The notes under the pieces: model-generated
What the model was told of the DNA's origin: nothing
Seen by the model: only the letters and a program-made list of their open reading frames with translations
Database searches by the model: none
Shown: piece after piece, positions 18,558 through 28,247 of the stretch
How the letters are laid out: every line of letters begins with the position of its first letter
Position numbering within the stretch: the first letter of the stretch is position 1
NCBI GenBank assembly: GCA_017432425.1
Contig: JAFRJE010000010.1
Location: 11,065 to 75,064 of the forward strand
Reading direction: 5' to 3'
Length of the DNA: 64,000 nucleotides
Source of the DNA: Candidatus Saccharimonadota bacterium
GTDB taxonomy: Bacteria; Patescibacteriota; Saccharimonadia; Saccharimonadales; Saccharimonadaceae
Position numbers and translations under genes: made by a program

Positions 18558-20489
18558 GTGCCAGAAAAAAATATCGTAAACAAAACAAACAAAAACCAAA
18601 AGAAGCCTGCGAGCTTTTCGAATGCGATTCGTAGTTTTATCTTTTTCTGTTTAATGATTTTATTCTGTTCAATCCTCCTTACGACTCTTTCCGGCTCAAA
18701 TTATTCGACCGAAAAAATTGCCCTTTCCGACTTAATATCCCGAATGAACGACCCGAACGGCGGAATCGCTAAAGTAACCGTCTCCGGAAATAATTTGGAA
18801 ATAACCGAAGTTGGAAAAGATTACCCGACGCTCGTTTCTCGAAAGGACAATTCCGGAACGCTCTACGACCAAGGTCTAAAAAATTATTGCGACGAAATTT
18901 CTAACGCCGACGAAAAAGCGAAGTGCCAGGAATCTTTCCCCGTAATTGAATATGTCGAAGCGACTGACGTTTGGGGAACCGTTCTCGACGTCGCGCTCGT
19001 CGTCCTCCCGATTCTCGCTTTGATTCTTTTCTTTTCCTATATGATGCGTCAGGCTCAGTCTATGAACTCCCAGAATCTTGGTTTTGGCAAAGCAAAAGCC
19101 CGTCTCTACGGTCCAGATAAGAAAAAAGTGACGTTTAAAGACGTTGCTGGAAACGAATCCGCGAAACAAGATCTCGAAGAAATTGTCGATTTTCTAAAAC
19201 ACCCTAAAAAATACGGAACTCTCGGCGCAAAAATCCCCCGCGGCGTTCTTCTCGCCGGCGATCCGGGAACGGGGAAGACTCTAATGGCGCGCGCTGTTGC
19301 TGGCGAAGCGAACGTTCCGTTTTTCTCGATTTCTGGCTCCGAATTTGCTGAAATGTTTGTTGGCGTCGGCGCGTCTCGTGTTCGCGACTTATTCCAAAAA
19401 GCAAAGAAAAACGCTCCCTCGATTATCTTTATCGACGAAATTGACGCCGTCGCCCATAAACGCGACGCCCGTGGCGGTGCTGGTCGCGAAGATGAACAAA
19501 CCTTAAACCAAATTCTTGTCGAAATGGACGGTTTCGATAACGAATCTGGCGTTATTGTTATTGCCGCGACGAATCGCGTTGACATGCTCGACAAAGCTCT
19601 CCTCCGTCCGGGTCGTTTCGATCGCCATGTCAACGTTACTCTTCCCGAGCGAAAAGACCGTCTCGAAATATTAAAAGTCCATTTTAAAGATAAACCGGTT
19701 TCGAAAGACCTCGACCTAGATTCTCTTGCCGCGAAAACCGCCGGCTCCGCTGGTGCCGATCTCGCGAACATTGCGAACGAAGCCGCCATTACCGCCGCTC
19801 GCGAGGGTCATAAAGAAATCACGAACGCCGATTTAACCGAAGCGTTTGAACGCGTCGCGATTGGTCCTGAACGAAAGTCAAAAGTTATGAACGAAAAAGA
19901 ACGTAAAATTACCGCCTACCATGAAGCCGGACACGCAATCGTTGGTCATGTTCTCCCCGATTCTGACCCAGTTCATAAAGTAACGATTATCCCTCGCGGT
20001 CGAACCGGTGGCGTAACTTGGTTCCTCCCGCCCGAAGATCGTAGCTATAAAAACATTTATGAATTAAAAGACATTCTCGCCCGCGCTATGGGCGGACGTA
20101 TTGCCGAAAAACTAATTTTTGGCGCCGAAGCAATCACGACCGGCGCGTCCTCCGATTTGCGCAACGTCGCCTCGCTCGCGAAAGAAATGATCGTCGAGGA
20201 GGGAATGGGCGGGAAAACCCGTAATCTCGTTTTCCCAGAGGGCGAAACTGGCTACTATACAATCCAAACCGGTAAGCCATATTCCGAGAAAACCGCCGAA
20301 CTAATCGACGCCGAAATAAAAACTCTCGCGAACGAAGCTGCGACTCGCGCCGAAGAAGTTTTGAAAGCCAACAAACCCGTCCTCGACAAACTCGCCGCGG
20401 CTCTCCTCGAAAAAGAAACGCTCGAAGAAAAAGATTTAGTCGATTTATTAAAAGACTCGAAACTCCCAACTTCCGCTAAGCTCTACTAA
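18558..20489 (+). CDS. ftsH: ATP-dependent zinc metalloprotease FtsH
   Basis: GDPGTGKTLMARAVAGEA, IIFIDEIDA, HEAGHA. GTG 18558 sits 8 nt after AAGGAG and is preferred over ATG 18522. Confidence 0.95.
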   Translation: MPEKNIVNKTNKNQKKPASFSNAIRSFIFFCLMILFCSILLTTLSGSNYSTEKIALSDLISRMNDPNGGIAKVTVSGNNLEITEVGKDYPTLVSRKDNSGTLYDQGLKNYCDEISNADEKAKCQESFPVIEYVEATDVWGTVLDVALVVLPILALILFFSYMMRQAQSMNSQNLGFGKAKARLYGPDKKKVTFKDVAGNESAKQDLEEIVDFLKHPKKYGTLGAKIPRGVLLAGDPGTGKTLMARAVAGEANVPFFSISGSEFAEMFVGVGASRVRDLFQKAKKNAPSIIFIDEIDAVAHKRDARGGAGREDEQTLNQILVEMDGFDNESGVIVIAATNRVDMLDKALLRPGRFDRHVNVTLPERKDRLEILKVHFKDKPVSKDLDLDSLAAKTAGSAGADLANIANEAAITAAREGHKEITNADLTEAFERVAIGPERKSKVMNEKERKITAYHEAGHAIVGHVLPDSDPVHKVTIIPRGRTGGVTWFLPPEDRSYKNIYELKDILARAMGGRIAEKLIFGAEAITTGASSDLRNVASLAKEMIVEEGMGGKTRNLVFPEGETGYYTIQTGKPYSEKTAELIDAEIKTLANEAATRAEEVLKANKPVLDKLAAALLEKETLEEKDLVDLLKDSKLPTSAKLY

Positions 20490-20509
20490 ACCGTGCTATA
20501 ATTTTTAGT

Positions 20510-22138
20510 ATGAGTCGTTTTAAATTTAAATCCGTTGTTGCGCTTGCGAACAAAAAACTCTCGATTAAATCCGCTGCGATTCTTCTTGCCTGCTCAACTC
20601 TCGTTTCTGCGCTTCTCGGAATTTTCCGCGACCGTCTTTTAAACGGCTATTATCTCGATACCTATCCAACTGGAATTGACGCCTATACCGCCGCCTTTAC
20701 AATTCCCGACTTTATGTTCTTTATCCTAACTTCCGGCGCGCTTGCCGTTTCTTTCATTCCCGTTTTTAACGAAAGATTAGTAAAAGGGAACAAAAAATCC
20801 GCGTGGGAGCTTTCCGCCTCTCTGCTTAACTTTCTTGCCGTCGTAACTCTGATTGCGAGCGTTCTGATTATGATTTTTGCCGAACCGCTCGTCCGCTATG
20901 TCGTCGGACCCGGCCTCGATGAATCCGGAACGATTCTCGCGATTAATATGATGCGCGTTATTGCAATTAATCCTTTTCTTTTTTCAATTTCAACCGTCCT
21001 TGCCTCAATCCAGCAAGCCGTCGGTCGTTTCGTTTTTTACGCCCTCGCGCCTGCGGTTTATAACGTCGGTATTCTCGTCGGCATTACCGTCTTTACTGGC
21101 GGGATTAATCTCTTTGGACTTCAAATTTTTGAGGGCGGAATTATGGGCGTCGCTCTCGGCGTCGTTTTTGGCGCCATTCTCCAAGTCATTATCAGCCTAA
21201 TTGGTCTGTTCGGTCTCGGTTTCGACTATGATTTTAAAATCAACTGGAAAAATCAGGGCTTTAAATCCGTTCTAAAACTTCTTCCCGCCCGCTCGCTCGA
21301 CCAGGGAATCGACTACGTCAATACAATCGTCTCGACAAACCTTTCCTCGCGCATGGGCGCCGGCGCGCTTCGCAGCTTCCAACAGGCGACCTCTCTCCAT
21401 CAAATGCCCGTCAACTTAATTGGCGTTGCGATCTCGACCGCTTTCTTCCCGAAATTAACCGAAGAACTCGGCGAGGGAGAAGACGAAAAATTCCGCGATA
21501 CTTTCCGCTCGGCGCTCCGTATGATTATCTGGATTTCGCTTCCCGTCGCGACCGTCGCTTTCTTTGCTCGCGGTTATGTCGTCAATTTCATTAAAAACGG
21601 CGGCGACGCCCTAATTTCCTCAATTCTCGGAACGCTCGTTCTCGCGATTCTCGCCCGCTCAATTTTTCATATCGCTTCTCGCGGTTTTTATGCCTATCAA
21701 GATACTAAAACCCCGTTCGTCGTCTCTATTTTTGCAATCGGCTCGACGATTCTCCTCTCGATTCTCTTTTATATTCTTGGTTATGGAACGAGCGGTCTGG
21801 GTTGGGCGCAAAGCCTCGGCGCCGTTCTCGAAATTATTATCCTCCTTTTTATTTTAAATCGTCGCTCAAAGCGCGAACTGCTTGATAAAACTTTCTTTAA
21901 AAGCCTCGCGCGCATGATTTTCGCGACTTTCGTGACTGCCTGCGTCGCCTATTCAATGACTAAATTCTTCCCGCTCATGGCGACCGACAATTCTTTCTTT
22001 GCGACTTTCCCGAAATTCTGCCTAATTTCCGTTGTTAGCCTCTTCGCCTATCTTCTCGCGAGCTATTTTCTCGGCATTAAAGAAGCCGACGGCGTTCTCG
22101 AAAAACTGAAGAAAATTCTCTTTGGAAACATAAAATAA
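20510..22138 (+). CDS. murJ: Lipid II flippase MurJ
   Basis: 542 aa, about 14 TM helices. The N-terminal LLGIFRDRLL...AFTIPDF pattern is typical of MurJ/MviN. Confidence 0.85.
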   Translation: MSRFKFKSVVALANKKLSIKSAAILLACSTLVSALLGIFRDRLLNGYYLDTYPTGIDAYTAAFTIPDFMFFILTSGALAVSFIPVFNERLVKGNKKSAWELSASLLNFLAVVTLIASVLIMIFAEPLVRYVVGPGLDESGTILAINMMRVIAINPFLFSISTVLASIQQAVGRFVFYALAPAVYNVGILVGITVFTGGINLFGLQIFEGGIMGVALGVVFGAILQVIISLIGLFGLGFDYDFKINWKNQGFKSVLKLLPARSLDQGIDYVNTIVSTNLSSRMGAGALRSFQQATSLHQMPVNLIGVAISTAFFPKLTEELGEGEDEKFRDTFRSALRMIIWISLPVATVAFFARGYVVNFIKNGGDALISSILGTLVLAILARSIFHIASRGFYAYQDTKTPFVVSIFAIGSTILLSILFYILGYGTSGLGWAQSLGAVLEIIILLFILNRRSKRELLDKTFFKSLARMIFATFVTACVAYSMTKFFPLMATDNSFFATFPKFCLISVVSLFAYLLASYFLGIKEADGVLEKLKKILFGNIK

Positions 22139-22155
22139 TCATATATAATATATAT

Positions 22156-22965
22156 ATGCCTATTTTTGAGTCTATTGTTCTTGGTCTAGTCCAAGGTTTA
22201 ACCGAATTTATTCCCGTCTCTTCTTCGGGTCATCTCGAATTAGTCGAAGCTCTCCTTTCCGCCGGCTCCCGCGCCGAGAATTTCCATCTCTTCCTCGAAT
22301 TTATCAATCTCGGAACGCTTCTCGCGCTTTTGATTTTTTATCGAAAAAAGATTCTCGAAATCCTAAGTCAGATTTTCAAAAAACATGATTTTAAATTCGC
22401 GATCAATATCCTTCTAACAATTCTTCCCGTCGGCATCGCCGGTCTTCTTCTTTCCGATTTGATTGAGTCGCTTCCTTTCTTTTCTTCCCTCGCGACAATC
22501 TCCGTCGCGATGTTGGTTGTCGGTCTTTTAATGTATTTCATTGACAAACTCCCGAAACTCTCGAAACTAAAAAACCTAGACTCTCTCCCGAAATCTCGCG
22601 CCCTTTTAATCGGCTGCGCCCAAATCTTCGCCCTAATTCCCGGAACTTCCCGCTCTGGAACTTCTATCCTCGCTGGTCGCCTCGTCGGACTTAATTCCGA
22701 AGATGCTGCGGATTATTCTTTCCTTGCCTCGATTCCGATTATGACCGGCGTCTGCTTAAAAATGTTTCTAAAATCCTCCTCTCGCGCCTACTTCTTCGCG
22801 AATCTCGGAACTCTCGCGCTCTCGAATCTTGTCGCCTTTTTGTCTGGACTTTTCGCGCTCTACTTCGTTTTGAGATTTTTGAAAAAACCGAATGGCTTAA
22901 AATACTTCGGCGCCTATCGGATTTGCCTCGCTCTGCTTGTTTTGGCTCTTGTTTTAATTAGTTAA
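22156..22965 (+). CDS. uppP: Undecaprenyl-diphosphate phosphatase
   Basis: GLTEFIPVSSSGHL and PGTSRSGTSI motifs of the BacA/UppP family. Confidence 0.9.
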   Translation: MPIFESIVLGLVQGLTEFIPVSSSGHLELVEALLSAGSRAENFHLFLEFINLGTLLALLIFYRKKILEILSQIFKKHDFKFAINILLTILPVGIAGLLLSDLIESLPFFSSLATISVAMLVVGLLMYFIDKLPKLSKLKNLDSLPKSRALLIGCAQIFALIPGTSRSGTSILAGRLVGLNSEDAADYSFLASIPIMTGVCLKMFLKSSSRAYFFANLGTLALSNLVAFLSGLFALYFVLRFLKKPNGLKYFGAYRICLALLVLALVLIS

Positions 22966-22984
22966 ATTTGCTAAAATAATTCCT

Positions 22985-23056
22985 GTCGCTCATTTTTCCC
23001 AAGAGATCAGTCGGCGAGGAAGATCTTTCGCGAGGTGGGTCGGTCGTCTGAGCGAT
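22985..23056 (+). other. Candidate structured RNA element (72-nt nested imperfect hairpin)
   Basis: Nested pairings 22985-92/23049-56, 22998-23001/23036-39 and 23002-08/23022-28 with a 13-nt apical loop. Lies in a 247-nt gap between convergent genes. The strand is not determined. Confidence 0.25.
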
Positions 23057-23080
23057 AAAAATTAAAATAGAAGGTTAATA

Positions 23081-23167
23081 ATGCGTATTGGACTAAAACG
23101 AGCGAAAAAAACTCGTAATAAGTCTAAGATAACTCCTGCCCCGTGGCAAGAATTTATCGAAATCTAA
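23081..23167 (+). CDS. Candidate 28-codon basic micro-ORF (MRIGLKRAKKTRNKSKITPAPWQEFIEI)
   Basis: GAAGG lies 7 nt upstream of the ATG and a terminator follows directly. Not in the ORF track, which lists longer ORFs only. No homology judgement is possible. Confidence 0.25.
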   Translation: MRIGLKRAKKTRNKSKITPAPWQEFIEI

Positions 23168-23174
23168 ATAAAAA

Positions 23175-23196
23175 AGAACCCGAAAGGGTTCTTTTT
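23175..23196. terminator. Bidirectional intrinsic terminator
   Basis: AGAACCC-GAAA-GGGTTCT hairpin flanked by an A-run and a T-run. Confidence 0.75.
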
Positions 23197-23212
23197 AGTT
23201 CTCCGAAAAACC

Positions 23213-23965
23213 TTATTCCGCCCTCGCGGTTTCCGTTTTCTCCCCCAGCTTTTTCTCGATCAACTTTTTAAAATAACTAATAAATCCGGATTTTGTCGCC
23301 GCGCTTTCGTCGTCTACCCATTTTATCTCCTCTCCGTCCATATAAAACGCTGGCGTCGCGGAAACCGCAATCCTTTTTCCGAGCGCACAGTCAAAACTGA
23401 CTTTCGCGGATACTTCGCTGCTCGACATATCTTTTACGAACTGCGTTTCGTCTCCTGCCCCTCCGCTAACGGTTTTAAAATATTCAACAAATTTTTCTTT
23501 TCTCCCCGCGCCTGAAAGATATTCCCATTCGCTTTGGTTCGCGAATAATAAGTTCGCGTATTCTTTCCAGTAGTCTTGAAGCCCCGCCGCTTCTGCTGCC
23601 GAAGCCGCCGCTCTGCCGTTTTGATGATATGAAAGCAAGAATGAACGATAGACGATCGCTGCCTTGCCGTTAAAACTTTCTAAAACTTCGTTAATCCAGG
23701 GATTCGTCGTTGCGCAACCCGGACATTGGTAATCGGCATATTCATAAATATAAACCTCCGGCTCGACCCCCTCAACCGTTCCTTTAATATGGTCGCCAAT
23801 CCCGCCATTATTTTCGTCCCCCTCAATAATAGAATATAAATCATATTCCTCAATCGCCGCGTTTTGTTTTTCCTTTTCCTCCGAGTTTCGCATTGAAACA
23901 AAAATTCCGATTCCAATAAACGCAACAACAAGGGAAATAATTATTATAAGCGTAGATCTCTTCAT
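23213..23965 (-). CDS. DsbA-like thiol:disulfide oxidoreductase (membrane-anchored thioredoxin fold)
   Basis: N-terminal TM anchor, CPGC active site in YADYQCPGCA, and a DsbA-like helical insert. Confidence 0.75.
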   Translation of the reverse strand: MKRSTLIIIISLVVAFIGIGIFVSMRNSEEKEKQNAAIEEYDLYSIIEGDENNGGIGDHIKGTVEGVEPEVYIYEYADYQCPGCATTNPWINEVLESFNGKAAIVYRSFLLSYHQNGRAAASAAEAAGLQDYWKEYANLLFANQSEWEYLSGAGRKEKFVEYFKTVSGGAGDETQFVKDMSSSEVSAKVSFDCALGKRIAVSATPAFYMDGEEIKWVDDESAATKSGFISYFKKLIEKKLGEKTETARAE

Positions 23966-23982
23966 AGTGTTATAATTATACT

Positions 23983-24630
23983 ATGAATTCCGATTCATTT
24001 CTAGAAAGATTCTTGCGGAAGCTAACTAAATTCCTTGACCCTCGTCTCGAAAAATACCGCGAGAAAAAGCCGGTCGAGAAAAAGAAACTTCCCGCCCCGA
24101 AGTCGAAAGAAGAGCTGCTTGATCTTTTAAAGCGCTGTCCAGATTCTGTCCTAAATTCCTCTGAACGTCTAAAAATCGCTTCGGCGATGATGTTTAAAAC
24201 AACCAAAGTTAGTGAGATTATGCTCGAAAAGCCCGCGATTACTTTCGTCCGCGAAACTGATTTTATGGGGCCGCTAACGCTAGACAAACTCTACCGTTCC
24301 GGTTTTAAACATTTTCCCGTTGTCGATTCGAAAGGCGATCTCGTCGGCATCCTTCATACTTCCTCGCTCAACTCCCTAAAAATCAAAGAAACCGACCGCG
24401 CCTTTAAATACCTCGACCCGAATATTTTTTACGTTCGTGCGGATTATTCTCTCGAAAAAGCCTTCGCTGCCTTTCTCCGGACGAATTCTTATTTTTTCAT
24501 TGTCATTAATAAGAATAACGAACTCGTCGGTCTTTTGACTGTCGAAATGCTAATCGGCTATCTTCTCGGAAAAGCTCCGACCGATAAATTCGAAGCCGAT
24601 TCTGACCGTCTTTCCGTCGCCGTTCGCTAA
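23983..24630 (+). CDS. CBS-pair domain protein
   Basis: Two CBS motifs (HFPVVDSKGDLVGILH; FFIVINKNNELVGLLT). TGTTATAAT lies 6 nt upstream of the ATG. Confidence 0.7.
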   Translation: MNSDSFLERFLRKLTKFLDPRLEKYREKKPVEKKKLPAPKSKEELLDLLKRCPDSVLNSSERLKIASAMMFKTTKVSEIMLEKPAITFVRETDFMGPLTLDKLYRSGFKHFPVVDSKGDLVGILHTSSLNSLKIKETDRAFKYLDPNIFYVRADYSLEKAFAAFLRTNSYFFIVINKNNELVGLLTVEMLIGYLLGKAPTDKFEADSDRLSVAVR

Positions 24631-24668
24631 TCTTTTCTCTTCTCTGATTTTGTGGTATAATTTTTTTC

Positions 24669-26432
24669 ATGAAACTTCAATCGCTCGCTCTAAAAAACTA
24701 TCTAAAAAAATCTGTAACTGTCTCCGGCTGGGTTAATTCGCGTCGCGATCATGGTGGTTTAATTTTCATTGACTTGCGAGATTTTTCCGGCTTAGTCCAA
24801 CTCGTTATTACTCCCGATTCAAAAGAAAGTTTTAAACTTGCCGAAACTCTGCGCGACGAATTTGTTATTGAAGCGACCGGCGTCGTTCGCGAGCGTGAAG
24901 AAGATTTAAAAAATCCAAATATCGAAACTGGTGATATCGAAGTCGTCGTAAAAGATTTGAAACTCTTAAACAGATCCGAACCGCTCCCCGTCAACACAAA
25001 AGATGAGGGAACCGAATCGGGCGAAGAACTTCGTCTTAAATATCGTTACCTCGACCTCCGCCGTCCGTCGATGCAGAAAATCTTGAAACGCCGCTCCGAG
25101 TTTTACCGTTTCCTAAGAAACTATATGTACGACCGCGGCTTTACCGAAATAACGACCCCGATTCTTGCCAATTCCTCCCCTGAGGGCGCGCGTGACTTTC
25201 TCGTCCCCTCTCGCCTCCGCCCCGGAACTTTCTATGCCCTCCCCCAAGCTCCGCAACAATTCAAACAACTTCTCATGGTCGGCGGCGTCGAACGCTATTT
25301 CCAAATCGCCCCTTGCTTCCGCGACGAAGACCCTCGCGCCGATCGTCTCTACGGCGACTTTTACCAACTCGACTGCGAAATGTCTTTTGTTGAAGATGGC
25401 GAAATTGTCCGCGAAACAATGGAACCGCTCCTAAAAACCCTCGTAACCAATTTTGCTGGCAAAAAACTTTTGTCCGAAAAAATCCCTCGAATTTCTTATA
25501 AAGACGCGATGGAAAAATACGGCGTCGACAAACCCGATCTCCGCTATAAAATGGAGTTGATTGAGCTGACTGATGTTTTTGAAAAAACCGAGTTTAAAGT
25601 TTTTAAAGCTCCTTGCGTAAAAGCCCTTTGCGTTAAAGGCGGCGCTTCTCTCTCTCGTTCAAAAATCGACGAGTTTACCGAAAAAGCAAAAAAAGAAGGC
25701 GCTGGCGGGCTTGCTTATATTCTATATTCCGACGGCGAAGCGAAATCTCCGATTTTGAAGTTCATGAAACCTGAAGAAATTAAAGCCGTTAAAGAAAGAA
25801 CCGGCGCAACCGACGGCGACGCAGTTTTCTTTGGCGCCGACGACCGTAAAAAAGTTAATAAAATCCTCGGCGCGCTTCGTATCGCTTTCGCGGATTACTT
25901 TAATCTTGCCGACGAAAATACCGTTGCGCTTTGCTGGGTAATCGACTTCCCGTTTTACGAATGGGATGAAAAAGCGAAAAAACTCGACTTCGGTCACAAC
26001 CCTTTCTCAATGCCAAAAGGCGGACTCGCCGCGCTCGAAAACGCAAAAACCGACGAGGAAAAACTCTCGATTGTCGCCGACCAATACGATATGGTCATGA
26101 ACGGAATCGAAATCTGCTCTGGCGCTGTCCGAAACTATAATCCCGAAATCATGTACAAAGTCTTTAATATCCTCGGCTTTAACAACGAATACGTCGAAGC
26201 ACGTTTCGGCGGAATGTTGAACGCCTTTAAATTCGGCGCCCCGCCGCACGCCGGCTGCGCCTACGGCATTGACCGTATTTTCATGGAACTTGAGGGAACT
26301 CGCTCAATCCGCGACGTCGTTGCTTTCCCGAAAAACGGTTCTGGCGTCGATTTAATGATGAACTCCCCCTCCGTCGTCGACAAGTCTCAGCTCGACGAGG
26401 CCCATCTCGCAATTCTCCCGCCCGAAGATTAA
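24669..26432 (+). CDS. aspS: Aspartyl-tRNA synthetase
   Basis: OB-fold N-terminus with GWVNSRRDHGGLIFIDLRD, plus class II motifs FRDEDPRADR and GGMLNAFKFGAPPHAGCAYGIDR. Confidence 0.95.
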   Translation: MKLQSLALKNYLKKSVTVSGWVNSRRDHGGLIFIDLRDFSGLVQLVITPDSKESFKLAETLRDEFVIEATGVVREREEDLKNPNIETGDIEVVVKDLKLLNRSEPLPVNTKDEGTESGEELRLKYRYLDLRRPSMQKILKRRSEFYRFLRNYMYDRGFTEITTPILANSSPEGARDFLVPSRLRPGTFYALPQAPQQFKQLLMVGGVERYFQIAPCFRDEDPRADRLYGDFYQLDCEMSFVEDGEIVRETMEPLLKTLVTNFAGKKLLSEKIPRISYKDAMEKYGVDKPDLRYKMELIELTDVFEKTEFKVFKAPCVKALCVKGGASLSRSKIDEFTEKAKKEGAGGLAYILYSDGEAKSPILKFMKPEEIKAVKERTGATDGDAVFFGADDRKKVNKILGALRIAFADYFNLADENTVALCWVIDFPFYEWDEKAKKLDFGHNPFSMPKGGLAALENAKTDEEKLSIVADQYDMVMNGIEICSGAVRNYNPEIMYKVFNILGFNNEYVEARFGGMLNAFKFGAPPHAGCAYGIDRIFMELEGTRSIRDVVAFPKNGSGVDLMMNSPSVVDKSQLDEAHLAILPPED

Positions 26433-27094
26433 TCTTTCTCCGTTTCGACGTTTTCGATATTTTTCAAATAAATTCCCGTATCTAAAATTCGAAAGTTAAA
26501 TTTAAACGCGCTAAACTTGTCTGAATTTTTATTAAAATACTCAACCGCGCTCTGGTAATCAGAAAAACTTTCGACCCTAAAATACCCCTCTTTTGAAAGA
26601 TTTTCAAAATGGTAATCTCCGTCTTCCGCCTTTAAAAATCCAATCCGAACAATCGTATAAAAAGTATTATCTTCGAAATTTTCTTCATATTTCTCAACAT
26701 CCGTAAAAGCGTCGCGCGTATTATTCTCGTCATATAAACTAGCTAGCGCCGAATATAAAAATTTTATATCTTCGTCTGCCGTTTCCGCCATTTGTTCATA
26801 AAAATTCAGATTCGAGGAGATTTTTGGATTAAACAAAGTCGCAATATTTTCCGCAAGAATCGAGTCAAGCGCCAAATCCGAAATCTTTTCTGGTTTCAAA
26901 CTACTTTTCTCCGCCAGCTCTCTCCGGTAGTTATAATTCCGATAACCCAAACTCCCAGCCAATCCAAGCGCAAACATCGAAAGGTATAATAAGAAAGTAA
27001 TTACTCCGCGTCGCGACTTCGGCTCCGTTTCCTCTTCTGGCTCTTCCGCGACAATCAGCCCAGGCTCTAAATCGTCTTCGATTTTTTCTTCCAT
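26429..27094 (-). CDS. Hypothetical membrane-anchored protein
   Basis: 221 aa. Acidic N-terminus, one TM helix (VITFLLYLSMFALGLAGSLGY), unrecognised C-domain. Its stop overlaps the aspS stop. Confidence 0.55.
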   Translation of the reverse strand: MEEKIEDDLEPGLIVAEEPEEETEPKSRRGVITFLLYLSMFALGLAGSLGYRNYNYRRELAEKSSLKPEKISDLALDSILAENIATLFNPKISSNLNFYEQMAETADEDIKFLYSALASLYDENNTRDAFTDVEKYEENFEDNTFYTIVRIGFLKAEDGDYHFENLSKEGYFRVESFSDYQSAVEYFNKNSDKFSAFKFNFRILDTGIYLKNIENVETEKD

Positions 27095-27203
27095 TATGAA
27101 AATTATACCATAAGTTCTTTCCGCTGAAAATTTTAAAAATCCCCTTTTAATTCCAAAACTTTCTTGTTATTATAGGTTCAGATTAATAAGAGGTAATATT
27201 TAT

Positions 27204-28247
27204 ATGGTAACGAAGAAACCGATGGGCGAAACCGACGAAAAAGCAAAAGCACGAGCCGAGGGAAAGGCGCAGGCGCTTAACCTCGCAATTTCCCAAATTA
27301 CAAAACAATTCGGCGACGGTTCAATTATGCGTCTCGGCGATACGAAAAAAATCGACATCGCTCTCCTCCCGTCCGGTTCTCTTTCGCTTGATCTTGCTCT
27401 CGGCGGCGGCTATCCTCGCGGGCGTATCATCGAAATCTACGGGCCCGAATCTTCCGGAAAAACGACCCTGACTCTCCACGCAATCGCCGAAATGCAAAAA
27501 ACCGGCGGAACTGCTGCCTTTATTGACGCCGAGCACGCTCTCGACCCCGCCTACGCTAAACGTATTGGCGTTGATACGGAGAATCTTCTAATTTCCCAAC
27601 CCGACAATGGCGAACAAGCGCTCGAAATCTGCGAAACTCTCGTCCGCTCCGGAGCTGTCGATTTAATTGTTGTTGACTCTGTCGCCGCCCTCGTTCCGCA
27701 GGCCGAAATTGACGGCGATATGGGTGACGCCCAAATGGGTCTCCAGGCTCGCCTCATGTCCCAAGCCATGCGCAAACTAACCGGAATTATCTCAAAATCA
27801 AAAGCGACCGTAATTTTCATTAACCAAATCCGTATGAAAATCGGCGTCATGTTTGGCAACCCCGAAACGACGACCGGCGGTAACGCTCTAAAGTTTTATG
27901 CTTCCGTCCGTCTTGATATTCGTCGCATTGGTCAAATTAAAGACGGCGACAATATCGCCGGCAACCGAACGAAAGTAAAAATCGTTAAAAACAAAATTGC
28001 CGCGCCGTTTCGAACCGCCGAGTTCGACATTATGTATAACGAGGGAATCTCAAAAGTCGGCGACGTTCTCGACCTCGGCGTTCAATTCGGTATCCTCGAA
28101 AAATCTGGCGCGTTTCTAAAATATAAAGGCGAGACTCTCGGTCAAGGTCGCGAAAACGTGAAAAAACTTTTCCGCGAAAACCCGAAGCTAATGAACGAAA
28201 TCGAAGCCCAAGTTCGCGAAAAAGCAAAAGCCGCTGAAGAAAATTAA
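27204..28247 (+). CDS. recA: Recombinase RecA
   Basis: GPESSGKTT Walker A, VVDSVAAL, the [13 protein letters not shown]2 region, [26 protein letters not shown]. Confidence 0.97.
   Translation: MVTKKPMGETDEKAKARAEGKAQALNLAISQITKQFGDGSIMRLGDTKKIDIALLPSGSLSLDLALGGGYPRGRIIEIYGPESSGKTTLTLHAIAEMQKTGGTAAFIDAEHALDPAYAKRIGVDTENLLISQPDNGEQALEICETLVRSGAVDLIVVDSVAALVPQAEIDGDMGDAQMGLQARLMSQAMRKLTGIISKSKATVIFINQIRMKIGVMFGNPETTTGGNALKFYASVRLDIRRIGQIKDGDNIAGNRTKVKIVKNKIAAPFRTAEFDIMYNEGISKVGDVLDLGVQFGILEKSGAFLKYKGETLGQGRENVKKLFRENPKLMNEIEAQVREKAKAAEEN

Noticed and set aside
19106-19789. 227-aa minus-strand ORF inside ftsH, and similar antisense ORFs inside rny (11956-12540), tyrS (41743-42294), hrcA (34779-35255) and the PBP gene (38344-38808).
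   Set aside because: They lie opposite strongly conserved genes, have low-complexity Ser/Arg/Phe-rich translations, and lack start signals.
22985-23056. Small SRP (4.5S) RNA, suggested by a long hairpin with a GGAAG-containing apical region.
   Set aside because: The conserved helix-8 features (GNRA tetraloop context and the AGCA 3'-strand motif) are not present. The region is kept only as an unclassified structured-RNA candidate.
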